Shown piece by piece: positions 8,894 to 17,836 of a stretch of DNA of 64,000 bases (positions are counted from its first letter, which is position 1; every line of letters starts with the position of its first letter). Position numbers and translations under genes: made by a program. The notes under the pieces are model-generated. The model had not been told where the DNA came from. It was given only the letters and a program-made list of their open reading frames with translations, and did not search any database. The stretch covers positions 457,206 to 521,205 of the forward strand of contig JBAYJA010000001.1 of assembly GCA_041665345.1 (NCBI GenBank), in the 5' to 3' direction. Source of the stretch: Patescibacteria group bacterium (GTDB taxonomy: Bacteria; Patescibacteriota; Patescibacteriia; PEXW01).

Positions 8894-9991
8894 ATGCGAC
8901 GATTTTGGGGGGTCACAATCATTGCTGTGCTTGCGGTTGTGGGGACGCTTGCACTCATTGGGTGGAGCATTCGCACAACTGCTTTGCAAAGCACGCCGTG
9001 GAAAGCGGCGCTGCGCGATGGGCGAGTGTATGACCGTTTAATTACCGAAACATTTTCTTCTCTGGTTCGGGACCCCGGCGCATTCGGCGAGGTCTTTCAA
9101 GACACGCCGCTCTCTGCTGATGATCTCACCGTGCTGGCCCGGGAAGTGCTCACCGCAGACTACCTGCAAACCCAAACCGAGAATGGTCTGGATGTCCTTT
9201 TTGCTCTGCCCTACAGCCGGACAGGCTTGGCAGATGTCACGTGGATTATTCCGCTGCAGGATATCAAACGCCGATTGCCAACGGCAGTGGCCGATGTCAT
9301 TGAGAAAAAACTTGCCAAACTTCCTGTATGCACAGAAAAGCAGTTAGACGCTTTTGAGCAGGAGAAAACGCTGACCGATGGATTTCCATCATGCTTACCA
9401 AAAGGTGTTTCTGCAAAGTCCATTGTGACGCAAGCGGGGATTGTGGAGGACATTGCCAGTAGTATTCCAGAAACCTTCGATGTTGCCGCAGACCTGCGCA
9501 GCCGCGCCTTCAAAAAGGTGCAGTGCTCGTCAACTGCACCGGAAGATCCAAACCAGGGCTGCGTCCCAGAAGAAGTGACATTCAATGTGCAAACCCAAGT
9601 GCAAGGCATCCAAGATGCTCTCCGCTACTTGCAGACGTTGCACTGGACGCTCACCATCCTTGCACTTGCTTTGCTCACTGGTATCTTCACCATTTTCTTG
9701 CCGCACCTTCGCCGGAGCACATGGTGGTTGGGACTGGCAATGGTCATCCCTTCGCTTGTCGTTCTGGGTATTGCATCATTGGGCAGCGCGCTACTAGTGA
9801 GCGTCCGGCCAGCGGGAGATGATCCAGCAGAAAAATTTGTACAATCATTGGTCGTACCGGTTGTACAGAGTATTGGCACCTTGGCCGCAGAGCGTGCTCT
9901 GGTCTTTGGTGGCATTGGTGTGGCAGTTGGTATTGCTTGTTGCATTCTGGCTTTTGCCTTTCCCAAACCCCCACCCCGAAAAAATCCCTAA
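8894..9991 (+). CDS. hypothetical membrane protein
   Basis: N-terminal TM and C-terminal multi-TM region. Confidence 0.45.
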   Translation: MRRFWGVTIIAVLAVVGTLALIGWSIRTTALQSTPWKAALRDGRVYDRLITETFSSLVRDPGAFGEVFQDTPLSADDLTVLAREVLTADYLQTQTENGLDVLFALPYSRTGLADVTWIIPLQDIKRRLPTAVADVIEKKLAKLPVCTEKQLDAFEQEKTLTDGFPSCLPKGVSAKSIVTQAGIVEDIASSIPETFDVAADLRSRAFKKVQCSSTAPEDPNQGCVPEEVTFNVQTQVQGIQDALRYLQTLHWTLTILALALLTGIFTIFLPHLRRSTWWLGLAMVIPSLVVLGIASLGSALLVSVRPAGDDPAEKFVQSLVVPVVQSIGTLAAERALVFGGIGVAVGIACCILAFAFPKPPPRKNP

Positions 9992-10003
9992 GCACCACTC
10001 CGT

Positions 10004-10453
10004 GTGCTAAAATACCTGCATATGAAAAACCCCTCCCAAAAGAAATCTGCAAATCGGTTCGCCGTCGCAATGTTTCTGTTGGTGCTGACGGTTGTCCTCC
10101 TCCTTGCCCTCGTCTGCTTCCGGGGTTTCTGGGCGAAGCTGCAGCGCAGCCAGCACTACCAAGCCGTATTCCTCACCAATGGGCAAGTGTACTTTGGGAA
10201 GTTGCAGAGCTGGAGCCGGCACGAAGTCTTGCTGACTGATGTCCATTACATTCAGGTGGATGACACCAAGACTGAAGCGGAGAAGAAAACTGCAGCCACT
10301 GACCCGTCCACCCTTTCGCTCATCAAACTGGGGAGTGAGGTGTATGGGCCAACGAACCGGGTGTACATCAACAAAGAGCACATCCTCTTCACCGAAGATC
10401 TGAAGGACGCCTCCCAAGTAGTGAAGATTATCCAGGAGAATATTGGGAAGTAA
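10004..10453 (+). CDS. hypothetical membrane-anchored protein
   Basis: N-terminal TM anchor; terminator follows. Confidence 0.45.
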   Translation: MLKYLHMKNPSQKKSANRFAVAMFLLVLTVVLLLALVCFRGFWAKLQRSQHYQAVFLTNGQVYFGKLQSWSRHEVLLTDVHYIQVDDTKTEAEKKTAATDPSTLSLIKLGSEVYGPTNRVYINKEHILFTEDLKDASQVVKIIQENIGK

Positions 10454-10473
10454 GAATCGAATTTTGTAGTTAT

Positions 10474-10508
10474 CCCCACCCTTCTTCAGTGAAAGGGTGG
10501 GTTTTTTG
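10474..10508 (+). terminator. Rho-independent terminator
   Basis: cccaccct-N11-agggtggg followed by tttttt. Confidence 0.65.
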
Positions 10509-10569
10509 TTGGAGGTGAAAAAACCTTAGGAAACCTTGCCCTTGCCGGAATGGCCGGGGTGTGGCGTGG

Positions 10570-10598
10570 TTGACGAAGGTAGGAAAGTGGTGTAAAAT
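10570..10598 (+). promoter_or_regulatory. sigma70-type promoter upstream of mraZ (Pmra)
   Basis: TTGACG, 17-nt spacer, TAAAAT with TG immediately upstream. Confidence 0.5.
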
Positions 10599-10641
10599 GG
10601 GGATAGAGGGTTGAAAGTGGATAAAAGTGGGGATAAGTACT
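10578..10641 (+). promoter_or_regulatory. GTGG/TGGGG direct repeats with ~10-bp phasing (putative MraZ operator)
   Basis: gaaaGTGGtgtaaaaTGGGGatagagggttgaaaGTGGataaaaGTGGGGata; MraZ is known to bind phased GTGGG-type repeats at its own promoter. Confidence 0.4.
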
Positions 10642-10694
10642 TCCCCCTGTGCACAACCCCAAAAGTCCCATTCTGCTTCCTAATGACGAACCGC

Positions 10695-11126
10695 ATGTTT
10701 ATTGGCGAATACAACCATGCAATAGATGACAAAGGCCGATTGGCCATCCCGGTGAAGTTCCGGGAGCGCTTAACCCACGGGGCGGTCGTCACCCGCGGCT
10801 TGGATAAGTGCCTTTTTGTGTACCCGCAGCGGGAGTGGGCGCAGCTGGCGGATAAGCTTTCCCGTTTGCCCATTTCTCAGGCCAACACCCGAGCCTTTGC
10901 GCGTCTGATGCTGGCTGGAGCAATGGAGTTGGATATCGACAAGCAGGGCCGTGTGGTCTTGCCTGACTACCTGCGGAAGTACGCATCAGTGAAGAAGAAG
11001 GTGGTGGTGGCAGGTTTGTACAACCGGTTGGAACTCTGGGATGACACCACCTGGCAGAAGTACAAAGCTGGAACCGAGAAGAGTTCAACAGATATCGCTG
11101 AAGCCCTGGGTAGCCTGGGCGTGTAA
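10695..11126 (+). CDS. mraZ: transcriptional regulator MraZ
   Basis: 143 aa beginning MFIGEYNHAIDDKGRLAIP with duplicated MraZ domain; first gene of the dcw cluster. Confidence 0.8.
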   Translation: MFIGEYNHAIDDKGRLAIPVKFRERLTHGAVVTRGLDKCLFVYPQREWAQLADKLSRLPISQANTRAFARLMLAGAMELDIDKQGRVVLPDYLRKYASVKKKVVVAGLYNRLELWDDTTWQKYKAGTEKSSTDIAEALGSLGV

Positions 11127-11141
11127 CCTGGAGCGGCGCCC

Positions 11142-12119
11142 ATGCTTGGCCGCACTCCAGCGCACATCCCTGTTCTTTCCAAAGAAGTTCTCCTGGCTCT
11201 AGCTCCGCAAGCAGGGGAGCACACTATTGATTGCACTCTGGGTCTGGGCGGCCATGCAGAAATGCTCCTGACCGCTACGGCGCCAACCGGACGTTTGCTG
11301 GGCATTGATCGAGATGCCGAAGCGCTGGCGCAGGCAAAAGTACATCTTGAGTCATTCGGTGAGCGAGTGCGCACTGTCCAAGGCACATTCGCTGACATTG
11401 CTAGTTTGGCAGCATCTTTTCCAAAACCAAATCTCATTCTTGCGGATTTAGGCCTTTCCAGTTTTGCGCTGGACACCCCCAGCCGAGGTTTTTCTTTCCA
11501 AGCAGATGGGCCGCTGGATATGCGGATGGACAAGGGTCAGGGCGCAACTGCGGCTGAGCTCCTCCAAAGCATTTCTGCCGCAGAGCTAGAACGCATCTTG
11601 CAAGAGTACGGCGAAGAGCCCAAGAGCCGGGCCATTGCTAAAGCAATCATTGCCAGTCGTGAGACCCACCCGATAGCGACCACGGGGGAGCTCGCGAGTG
11701 TCATTGATGCGACGTACCGGCAGATCCTCCACGCACCCGCAGACCGGCCACTGTGGCTGGGACGGAAAGTGCATCCTGCCACCCGAACTTTTCAAGCTTT
11801 ACGCATTGCCGTCAACGACGAACTTGGCCAGCTCACCCCATTTCTGGGTGAAGCCTTCGCTCTCCTGGCCCCTGGAGGTCGGCTGGCCATCATCAGCTTC
11901 CACTCGTTGGAAGACCGGCTGGTGAAGCAGTTCTTCCGCGAGCAAGCCAAAACCTGCGTCTGCCCACCGGAGCAACTGCAGTGCACCTGCGACCGCCAAG
12001 CCAACGCGCAGCTCCTCATTCGCAAGCCCATTGTTGCAAGCGAAGCTGAATTGCAGGCAAATCCTCGGAGCCGGAGTGCCAAACTTCGGGTCATCAAAAA
12101 ACTTTCTCCCGCCTCGTAA
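11142..12119 (+). CDS. rsmH: 16S rRNA (cytosine1402-N4)-methyltransferase
   Basis: SAM-binding DCTLGLGGHA motif; position immediately after mraZ. Confidence 0.85.
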   Translation: MLGRTPAHIPVLSKEVLLALAPQAGEHTIDCTLGLGGHAEMLLTATAPTGRLLGIDRDAEALAQAKVHLESFGERVRTVQGTFADIASLAASFPKPNLILADLGLSSFALDTPSRGFSFQADGPLDMRMDKGQGATAAELLQSISAAELERILQEYGEEPKSRAIAKAIIASRETHPIATTGELASVIDATYRQILHAPADRPLWLGRKVHPATRTFQALRIAVNDELGQLTPFLGEAFALLAPGGRLAIISFHSLEDRLVKQFFREQAKTCVCPPEQLQCTCDRQANAQLLIRKPIVASEAELQANPRSRSAKLRVIKKLSPAS

Positions 12120-12128
12120 TCCACGTCC

Positions 12129-12479
12129 ATGTCAAAATTTTCCACCCTCATTGCAAAACTCCGCAACCGCCAGCATACTGGCCGGTCTGTGCAGGCGTTG
12201 GGTGGATCCAACCTGGTCGTCATGCTGGGCGCAGTTGTCCTGCTCCTGGGAGTGGTCTACCTCATCCAAGTAAATCGCAGCGCCACCAAGAGCTTTGCTG
12301 TGCATGACCTGGTGCAGCAGCACGATCAACTCCAGGCCCAGCGCCGGGAACTGGAACTCGCGCAGGCACAGCTGTCAGCCCTTTCTACACTCCAAGATAC
12401 GCCGGCCGTGGCCAGCCTGGTTCCCAGCAGCACGCCGGAATTTCTCACCGCTGGTGTGGGCCCAGTGGCCCGGCGGTAA
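12129..12479 (+). CDS. ftsL: cell division protein FtsL-like (single TM plus coiled coil)
   Basis: Position between rsmH and ftsI; TM followed by a leucine-rich coiled coil. Confidence 0.5.
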   Translation: MSKFSTLIAKLRNRQHTGRSVQALGGSNLVVMLGAVVLLLGVVYLIQVNRSATKSFAVHDLVQQHDQLQAQRRELELAQAQLSALSTLQDTPAVASLVPSSTPEFLTAGVGPVARR

Positions 12480-12494
12480 TTTCCACACTTTGCC

Positions 12495-14249
12495 ATGGTG
12501 CATCGGACGCAACGACGTTCGACCTCGCCCGCTCGCCGCGACCGCCTGAAGATCCTTCACGTGGTCGTGCTTGCGTTTGCGGGAATTATTGCCGTGCGGC
12601 TGTTCACGTTGCAGGTTCTGCGGCACGGTGCGTATGCTGCGATTGCCGAGAACCAGCATAACCTCAGTTCCAAGCTCACGCCGAATCGGGGAGAAATCCG
12701 GGTGAAAGACCGGGCTAACCCCGGGGTGCTGTTTCCCTTAGCCACGAATATTGACGCGCCGCTCCTCGTAGCTGTGCCCAAGAGTATTGCGGAGCCAAGT
12801 GACGTGGCGCAGAAGCTTGCCCCCATTGTGGGGCTGCCGGTAGCTGAACTGTTCCCCAAGCTCAGTAAACCAGATGACCAGTACGAAGTGTTGAAGCGCC
12901 AACTCTCGCCCACGGAAGTTTCTGCCGTTGAAGCGCTACACATTACGGGATTACGTTTTGAGAAAGAACGTTTGCGTTACTACACGGAGGGGAATCTCGC
13001 CAGCCATGTGGTGGGCTTTGTGGGGTACCATGAAGACACGCGGGTGGGGCTCTACGGCGTGGAAGCTGCAATGGAGAAGGCACTCGCTGGGATCAAAGGG
13101 AAGCTAGACTTTGGGAAATCCGCGGCTCAAGAATTTTTACCCGTTAGCGGGGGATTGCTGACCGAAGCAATCAACGGTTCCCAAGTGACACTTACTTTGG
13201 ACCACACTGTGCAGTACCAGGCATGTAATAAGTTGAAAACTGCGGTGGCGAAGCACGGCGCTGATGGCGGTGCCTTGGTTATTATGGAAGTGCAAACCGG
13301 CCGACTCTTGGCGGTGTGCGGGCAGCCCGACTTTGATCCCAACCAGTATGCCAAGACGGAGGATATTGCCGCGTTCAATAATCCGGTGGTCTTTGGGGCG
13401 TACGAACCTGGTTCCATTTTCAAAGCCATTACCATGGCCTCGGGTTTGGATCTGGGTAAAGTGACGCCGCAGAGTACGTACGTGGACACCGGGGCGGAAA
13501 AAATTGGTAGCTTCACTATTCGCAACTCGGATGGGAAAGCGAACGGCACGCAGACCATGACCCAAGTTTTGGAAAAGTCATTGAACACTGGAGCAATGCA
13601 CGTTGCCCAACTGGTTGGCCAGGGTGGTTTTGGGAAGTACGTGCGGAATTTTGGCTTTGGGGAAAAAACCGGGGTGGAAATGAGCGGGGAAGTTGCAGGG
13701 AACCTGGCGTCCCTCACCAAGCCCGGGGATATTTTCTTGGCAACCAATTCTTTTGGCCAAGGTTTGACAGCCACGCCCATCCAGCTCGTTGCCGCTTTTG
13801 GCGCAATTGCAAATGGGGGGAAGTTAATGCAGCCGTACGTGGTGGATGATATTACCTACCCAGATGGGAAATTAGAGAAACGGGAACCCAAGGTCGTGCG
13901 CCAAGTCCTACGGTCAGACACGGCTGCAACATTGGGAGCCATGCTGGTGAATGTCGTGGAAAAAGGGCATGGGCAGCGCGCCGGGGTGAAGGGGTACTAC
14001 GTGGCTGGAAAAACTGGCACCGCCCAAATGCGTGCCGCTACAGGCTCTGGCTATGACGCGAATAAAACCATTGGCTCCTTTGCTGGCTTCGCTCCGGTAG
14101 AGAATCCAAAGTTCGTCATGCTTACGCGCATAGACGTGCCAAAGGACGTGCAATTTGCTGAGAGCTCTGCGGCGCCACTGTTTGGAGAGGTGATGGATTT
14201 TCTGCTGAAGTACTACGACGTCGCCCCAACGCGGAATCTTGCCGGGTAA
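12495..14249 (+). CDS. ftsI: peptidoglycan D,D-transpeptidase (class B PBP)
   Basis: N-terminal TM; SxxK (SIFK), SxN (SLN) and KTG (KTGTA) motifs. Confidence 0.85.
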   Translation: MVHRTQRRSTSPARRDRLKILHVVVLAFAGIIAVRLFTLQVLRHGAYAAIAENQHNLSSKLTPNRGEIRVKDRANPGVLFPLATNIDAPLLVAVPKSIAEPSDVAQKLAPIVGLPVAELFPKLSKPDDQYEVLKRQLSPTEVSAVEALHITGLRFEKERLRYYTEGNLASHVVGFVGYHEDTRVGLYGVEAAMEKALAGIKGKLDFGKSAAQEFLPVSGGLLTEAINGSQVTLTLDHTVQYQACNKLKTAVAKHGADGGALVIMEVQTGRLLAVCGQPDFDPNQYAKTEDIAAFNNPVVFGAYEPGSIFKAITMASGLDLGKVTPQSTYVDTGAEKIGSFTIRNSDGKANGTQTMTQVLEKSLNTGAMHVAQLVGQGGFGKYVRNFGFGEKTGVEMSGEVAGNLASLTKPGDIFLATNSFGQGLTATPIQLVAAFGAIANGGKLMQPYVVDDITYPDGKLEKREPKVVRQVLRSDTAATLGAMLVNVVEKGHGQRAGVKGYYVAGKTGTAQMRAATGSGYDANKTIGSFAGFAPVENPKFVMLTRIDVPKDVQFAESSAAPLFGEVMDFLLKYYDVAPTRNLAG

Positions 14250-14272
14250 CCAAAGTGTGCTAGGGTAAGCCC

Positions 14273-15562
14273 ATGAAAAAACTTTTCCTCACCATCCTGC
14301 AGTGGAAGCTCACCTTTTTAGCCAAACGGGTGCTGCTTCGGTACGCACCAAAAATTGTGGCGGTGGGTGGCTCGGTTGGTAAGACTTCAGGGGTGCAAGC
14401 AATAGCTATTGCTTTGCAAACGGAGTACAACATTGGGCAAACTTTGCGGAGCTACAATCAGGAGCTCGGTGTTCCACTTTCCATACTTCGTCAAGAAACC
14501 GGTTACCGGTCACTGTGGCGCTGGCTATCTATTCTGTATACCGGCGCAAAGCTGGTTTGGGGGAAGGTAGATCCAACCTACCCAAATTTACTGGTGCTGG
14601 AATTGGGCGCGGACAAGGTGGGGGACATGGATCGGCTGCTAGCCTGGATTCACCCAGATATTGCCGTGGTCACTGCGGCAACCATTGAGCATGTTGAATT
14701 CTTTGGCAGTATCCAAGCTGCAGTAGTGGAAGAGCAGAAATTAGCCATGCTCGCTCCACGCACCAGCACCGTCATTCTAAATAGTGATGACCTGGAGCTC
14801 TCCCGTATCGCTACAAAAATCCAAGGGCAGGTTATTCGGTACGCAGTCAGCGGCAACGCGGAAGTTGTGGTTGGCCACGCACGGATAATGGGTACCAACG
14901 CCAGTGACGTGCAGGGGATTGCTGCCAAAGTGCTGGTAGACGGCAGTGCAATTCCAGTAGTTATTACTGATACGCTTGGAACACATTCCTTCTACGCCAT
15001 TGGTGCGGCATTTGCCGTAGCCAAGTCGTTGCAACTCAATCTCGCCAAGGTTTCCGAAAACCTGCGAGCGTACCAACCCCCAGCTGGTCGCATGCGGTTG
15101 ATCAGAGGGATAAAGCAAACGCTCATTATTGACGATACCTACAACTCTTCACCCGCTGCAGCCAGAGCCGCAGTAGATACCCTCCACCAGCTCAGCACGC
15201 CTGGCCAGAAGTTTGCCGTACTAGGGGATATGCGTGAACTTGGTTCGGTGAGCGAAGCAGAGCATGCATCACTTGGGCAGTACGTGGTTGGGAAGGCAGA
15301 CATCCTCATCACAGTCGGTGAATCTGCGCGTGATATAGCTCGTGGGGCTCAGGCAGCAGGCATGGATACAGACAAAGTTTTCAGCTTTGGCAAGGCGGAA
15401 GAAGCGGGGAGGTTTATCCAAGACCGGATGCACACCGGGGATCTCCTACTCATCAAAGCGTCACAAGGCACGCGGTGCGAGAAGATCGTGAAGGAAATTA
15501 TGGCTGAGCCACTGCGAGCAAAGGAATTGCTGACGCGGCAGTACAAACCGTGGGTGGAGTAG
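14273..15562 (+). CDS. Mur ligase family protein (MurF-like)
   Basis: VGGSVGKTS P-loop of Mur ligases; dcw-cluster context. Confidence 0.55.
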   Translation: MKKLFLTILQWKLTFLAKRVLLRYAPKIVAVGGSVGKTSGVQAIAIALQTEYNIGQTLRSYNQELGVPLSILRQETGYRSLWRWLSILYTGAKLVWGKVDPTYPNLLVLELGADKVGDMDRLLAWIHPDIAVVTAATIEHVEFFGSIQAAVVEEQKLAMLAPRTSTVILNSDDLELSRIATKIQGQVIRYAVSGNAEVVVGHARIMGTNASDVQGIAAKVLVDGSAIPVVITDTLGTHSFYAIGAAFAVAKSLQLNLAKVSENLRAYQPPAGRMRLIRGIKQTLIIDDTYNSSPAAARAAVDTLHQLSTPGQKFAVLGDMRELGSVSEAEHASLGQYVVGKADILITVGESARDIARGAQAAGMDTDKVFSFGKAEEAGRFIQDRMHTGDLLLIKASQGTRCEKIVKEIMAEPLRAKELLTRQYKPWVE

Positions 15563-15647
15563 GGGAGGGGCGTAATACGGTTTACGGTTTCGCAGCCTGT
15601 ATCGTTTAACGTATTCGTCTTACGTTGTCCGTAATGACATTTTACCT

Positions 15648-15674
15648 CCAGAGCGGCTTTTCCAAGCCGCGGGG
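15648..15674 (+). repeat. conserved hairpin element, copy 2 of 3
   Basis: ttttacctccagagcggcttttccaagccgcgggg. Confidence 0.6.
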
Positions 15675-15800
15675 TTGGGATTATCCCGAAGGTAAGCTAG
15701 GTTATTTTTTGCAAAAAAACCTGATTTGAGAATTGACTGTGGAAAGGGACGTGCTAGGATCAAACTACGTTTTTTGCGGCTGAAATCTTGAGGAGGAATT

Positions 15801-16037
15801 GTGCGATCTCTCAAAGTATCTACGTGGCTAGCCAGGGTTAGCTTAGCTGGCCTCATCATTATCGCTTGTTTTTTACCACTATCGCTTTGGATTGTATTCG
15901 CAGGTGGAGTAGTCTTGTTCATTGTACTAGAACTTGTTGTAAGAGCATGTTGGCAGGCTCACTACAAAGTAAACTATCGACGGATAGTTCAGAAATATGG
16001 TACGACTGCGAACCGTGAGCCTGGGATGTATGACTAG
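15801..16037 (+). CDS. small membrane protein (2 TM)
   Basis: GTG start with upstream gaggagg RBS; terminator follows. Confidence 0.35.
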   Translation: MRSLKVSTWLARVSLAGLIIIACFLPLSLWIVFAGGVVLFIVLELVVRACWQAHYKVNYRRIVQKYGTTANREPGMYD

Positions 16038-16051
16038 ATCATCAGAGTAAT

Positions 16052-16082
16052 AGCCGCTTGGTAATCAAGCGGCTTTTCTTTT
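16052..16082 (+). terminator. Rho-independent terminator
   Basis: agccgcttg-N6-caagcggct followed by tttctttt. Confidence 0.6.
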
Positions 16083-16132
16083 GTCCGCCTATGGAGGAAA
16101 GCCGTGGATGCTTGTGGTGCTGTTCCAATCTG

Positions 16133-16429
16133 TCATTGCGGGCGTAATAGTCCAAACGTGTGGCTACTGTGGATGGAGGTGTAGGTACCAGCGGAAGTAG
16201 GTTGCACGCTTGGGCGGCCGCAACAGAATAAGGGAACACTTTTGCAAAAAAATCCAGGTATCACTTGGGATACCTGGGAAGTTGCATCTGGCGGCTTATT
16301 TAGCCGGTTGATAACCGCACTCACCGCGAAGGTAACGATTACCACTCCGACGATGATGGAAAGAATCAGCCACCAAATCGACTGCTTCTTTGGCAATTGG
16401 TGAATTCTGGTCTGTTCACCTGGACTCAT
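16133..16429 (-). CDS. small membrane protein; possibly shorter or degraded
   Basis: Good RBS (ggaggaaat) and TM helix; however a hairpin+T-run terminator on the minus strand (16255-16278) lies inside the ORF. Confidence 0.25.
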   Translation of the reverse strand: MSPGEQTRIHQLPKKQSIWWLILSIIVGVVIVTFAVSAVINRLNKPPDATSQVSQVIPGFFCKSVPLFCCGRPSVQPTSAGTYTSIHSSHTFGLLRPQ

Positions 16430-16482
16430 ATTTCCTCCGTTTGTTTTTGGTTAACTCAGGAGTATAGGCTAATTCTCCATAA

Positions 16483-17688
16483 ATGTCAAGGGCTTTGACC
16501 CCAACGAAGAAGCGCCGTACACTGGAGGATATGGAACGAAAAAGCCCCAACGATTTGCTCACCCGCGGCGTGGCTGATGTCATTGTCCGGAAGGACTTGG
16601 ACAAGCTCCTGGCGTCCGGTCATCCACTGCGCATCAAGCACGGGGTTGACCCCACCCGGCCTGACCTGCACCTGGGACACGCGGTGATTTACCGTAAGCT
16701 CCGGCAACTGCAGGATCTCGGGCATACCATCATCTTTCTCATCGGTGATTACACTGCCCGGTTTGGGGATCCCACAGACAAGGTGAAGTCGCGCATTTTG
16801 CAGAAGAAAGAAGATGTTGCAGCTGCGGCCAAATCCTACGTGGACCAGATTGGGATGATTTTGAATAAGCAGAAACTGGAAATCCGGTACAACAGTGAGT
16901 GGTATGAGAAAATGACTGCGGAAGAACTGCTGCGAATCATGAGCAGGTTTACCGTCTCGCGCATGTTGGAACGCGATATGTTCGTGGCGCGGAAAAAAGC
17001 CGGGGAGGAAATTGGCTTGCACGAACCCGTGTACCCGGTGCTGCAAGCCTACGATTCAGTGATGCTCAAGTCTGACTGTACGGTCATTGGCACAGACCAA
17101 ACCTTCAACGAGCTTCAAGCTCGGCCGTTGCAGGAATTCTTTGGCCAAAAGCCGCAGCAGGTGGTCACGCTAAAAATTCTGCCTGGCACAGATGGCAAAG
17201 ACAAGATGAGTAAGTCCTTGGGAAATGACATTAAGCTCACCCTCAGTCCAGAGGATATGTTTGGCAAGCTCATGTCCATTCCTGATAGCGCCATGCCTAT
17301 CTTCGCCGAATTGCTTACCGACTTACCGCTGGCGGAGTTTACTAAACCCAAAGATCCCAAAGCTGCGAAGGTAAAACTCGCCACCACCATCGTCGCGGAA
17401 TTTCATTCGCCAAAGCATGCAGCAAAAGCTGAAGAGCATTTCAACCGGGTCATCGTTGGGAAGCAGGCGCCAGAAAAGGTTCCAACGAAGACTATCCAAG
17501 GGAAGGAATTGAAGTCTGAAGCAGACATGGTTGCCTTCCTCTTTGGGGTGAGCAAGTCCGAAGCCCGGCGGCTCATACTGCAAAAGGCCGTGGAGTGCGA
17601 CGGTCAGAAAGTGATTGACCCAAATGCGCGGCCAGTCCACGGGGTGTACAAAAAAGGCCGGCACTACATGCGGCCGGTGTTGAAATAA
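16483..17688 (+). CDS. tyrS: tyrosyl-tRNA synthetase
   Basis: Class I HIGH-like (DLHLGH) and KMSKS motifs; C-terminal S4-like domain; ~400 aa; followed by tRNA-Tyr. Confidence 0.75.
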   Translation: MSRALTPTKKRRTLEDMERKSPNDLLTRGVADVIVRKDLDKLLASGHPLRIKHGVDPTRPDLHLGHAVIYRKLRQLQDLGHTIIFLIGDYTARFGDPTDKVKSRILQKKEDVAAAAKSYVDQIGMILNKQKLEIRYNSEWYEKMTAEELLRIMSRFTVSRMLERDMFVARKKAGEEIGLHEPVYPVLQAYDSVMLKSDCTVIGTDQTFNELQARPLQEFFGQKPQQVVTLKILPGTDGKDKMSKSLGNDIKLTLSPEDMFGKLMSIPDSAMPIFAELLTDLPLAEFTKPKDPKAAKVKLATTIVAEFHSPKHAAKAEEHFNRVIVGKQAPEKVPTKTIQGKELKSEADMVAFLFGVSKSEARRLILQKAVECDGQKVIDPNARPVHGVYKKGRHYMRPVLK

Positions 17689-17724
17689 TTTTCATTGTTT
17701 GGTAGGGTATTGAGGACGCAATTT

Positions 17725-17811
17725 GGGCGGATACCGAAGTGGTCAAACGGGGCAGACTGTAAATCTGCTGGCCTTGCGCCTTCGTAGGTTCGATCCCTAC
17801 TCCGCCCACCA
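17725..17811 (+). tRNA. tRNA-Tyr (anticodon GTA), type II with long variable arm, CCA encoded
   Basis: Manual fold: acceptor GGGCGGA/TCCGCCC; anticodon stem GCAGA/TCTGC with loop CTGTAAA; T arm GTAGG-TTCGATC-CCTAC; ACCA 3' end. Confidence 0.8.
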
Positions 17812-17836
17812 ATTCTTCATCGAAGATTCTTGACAC

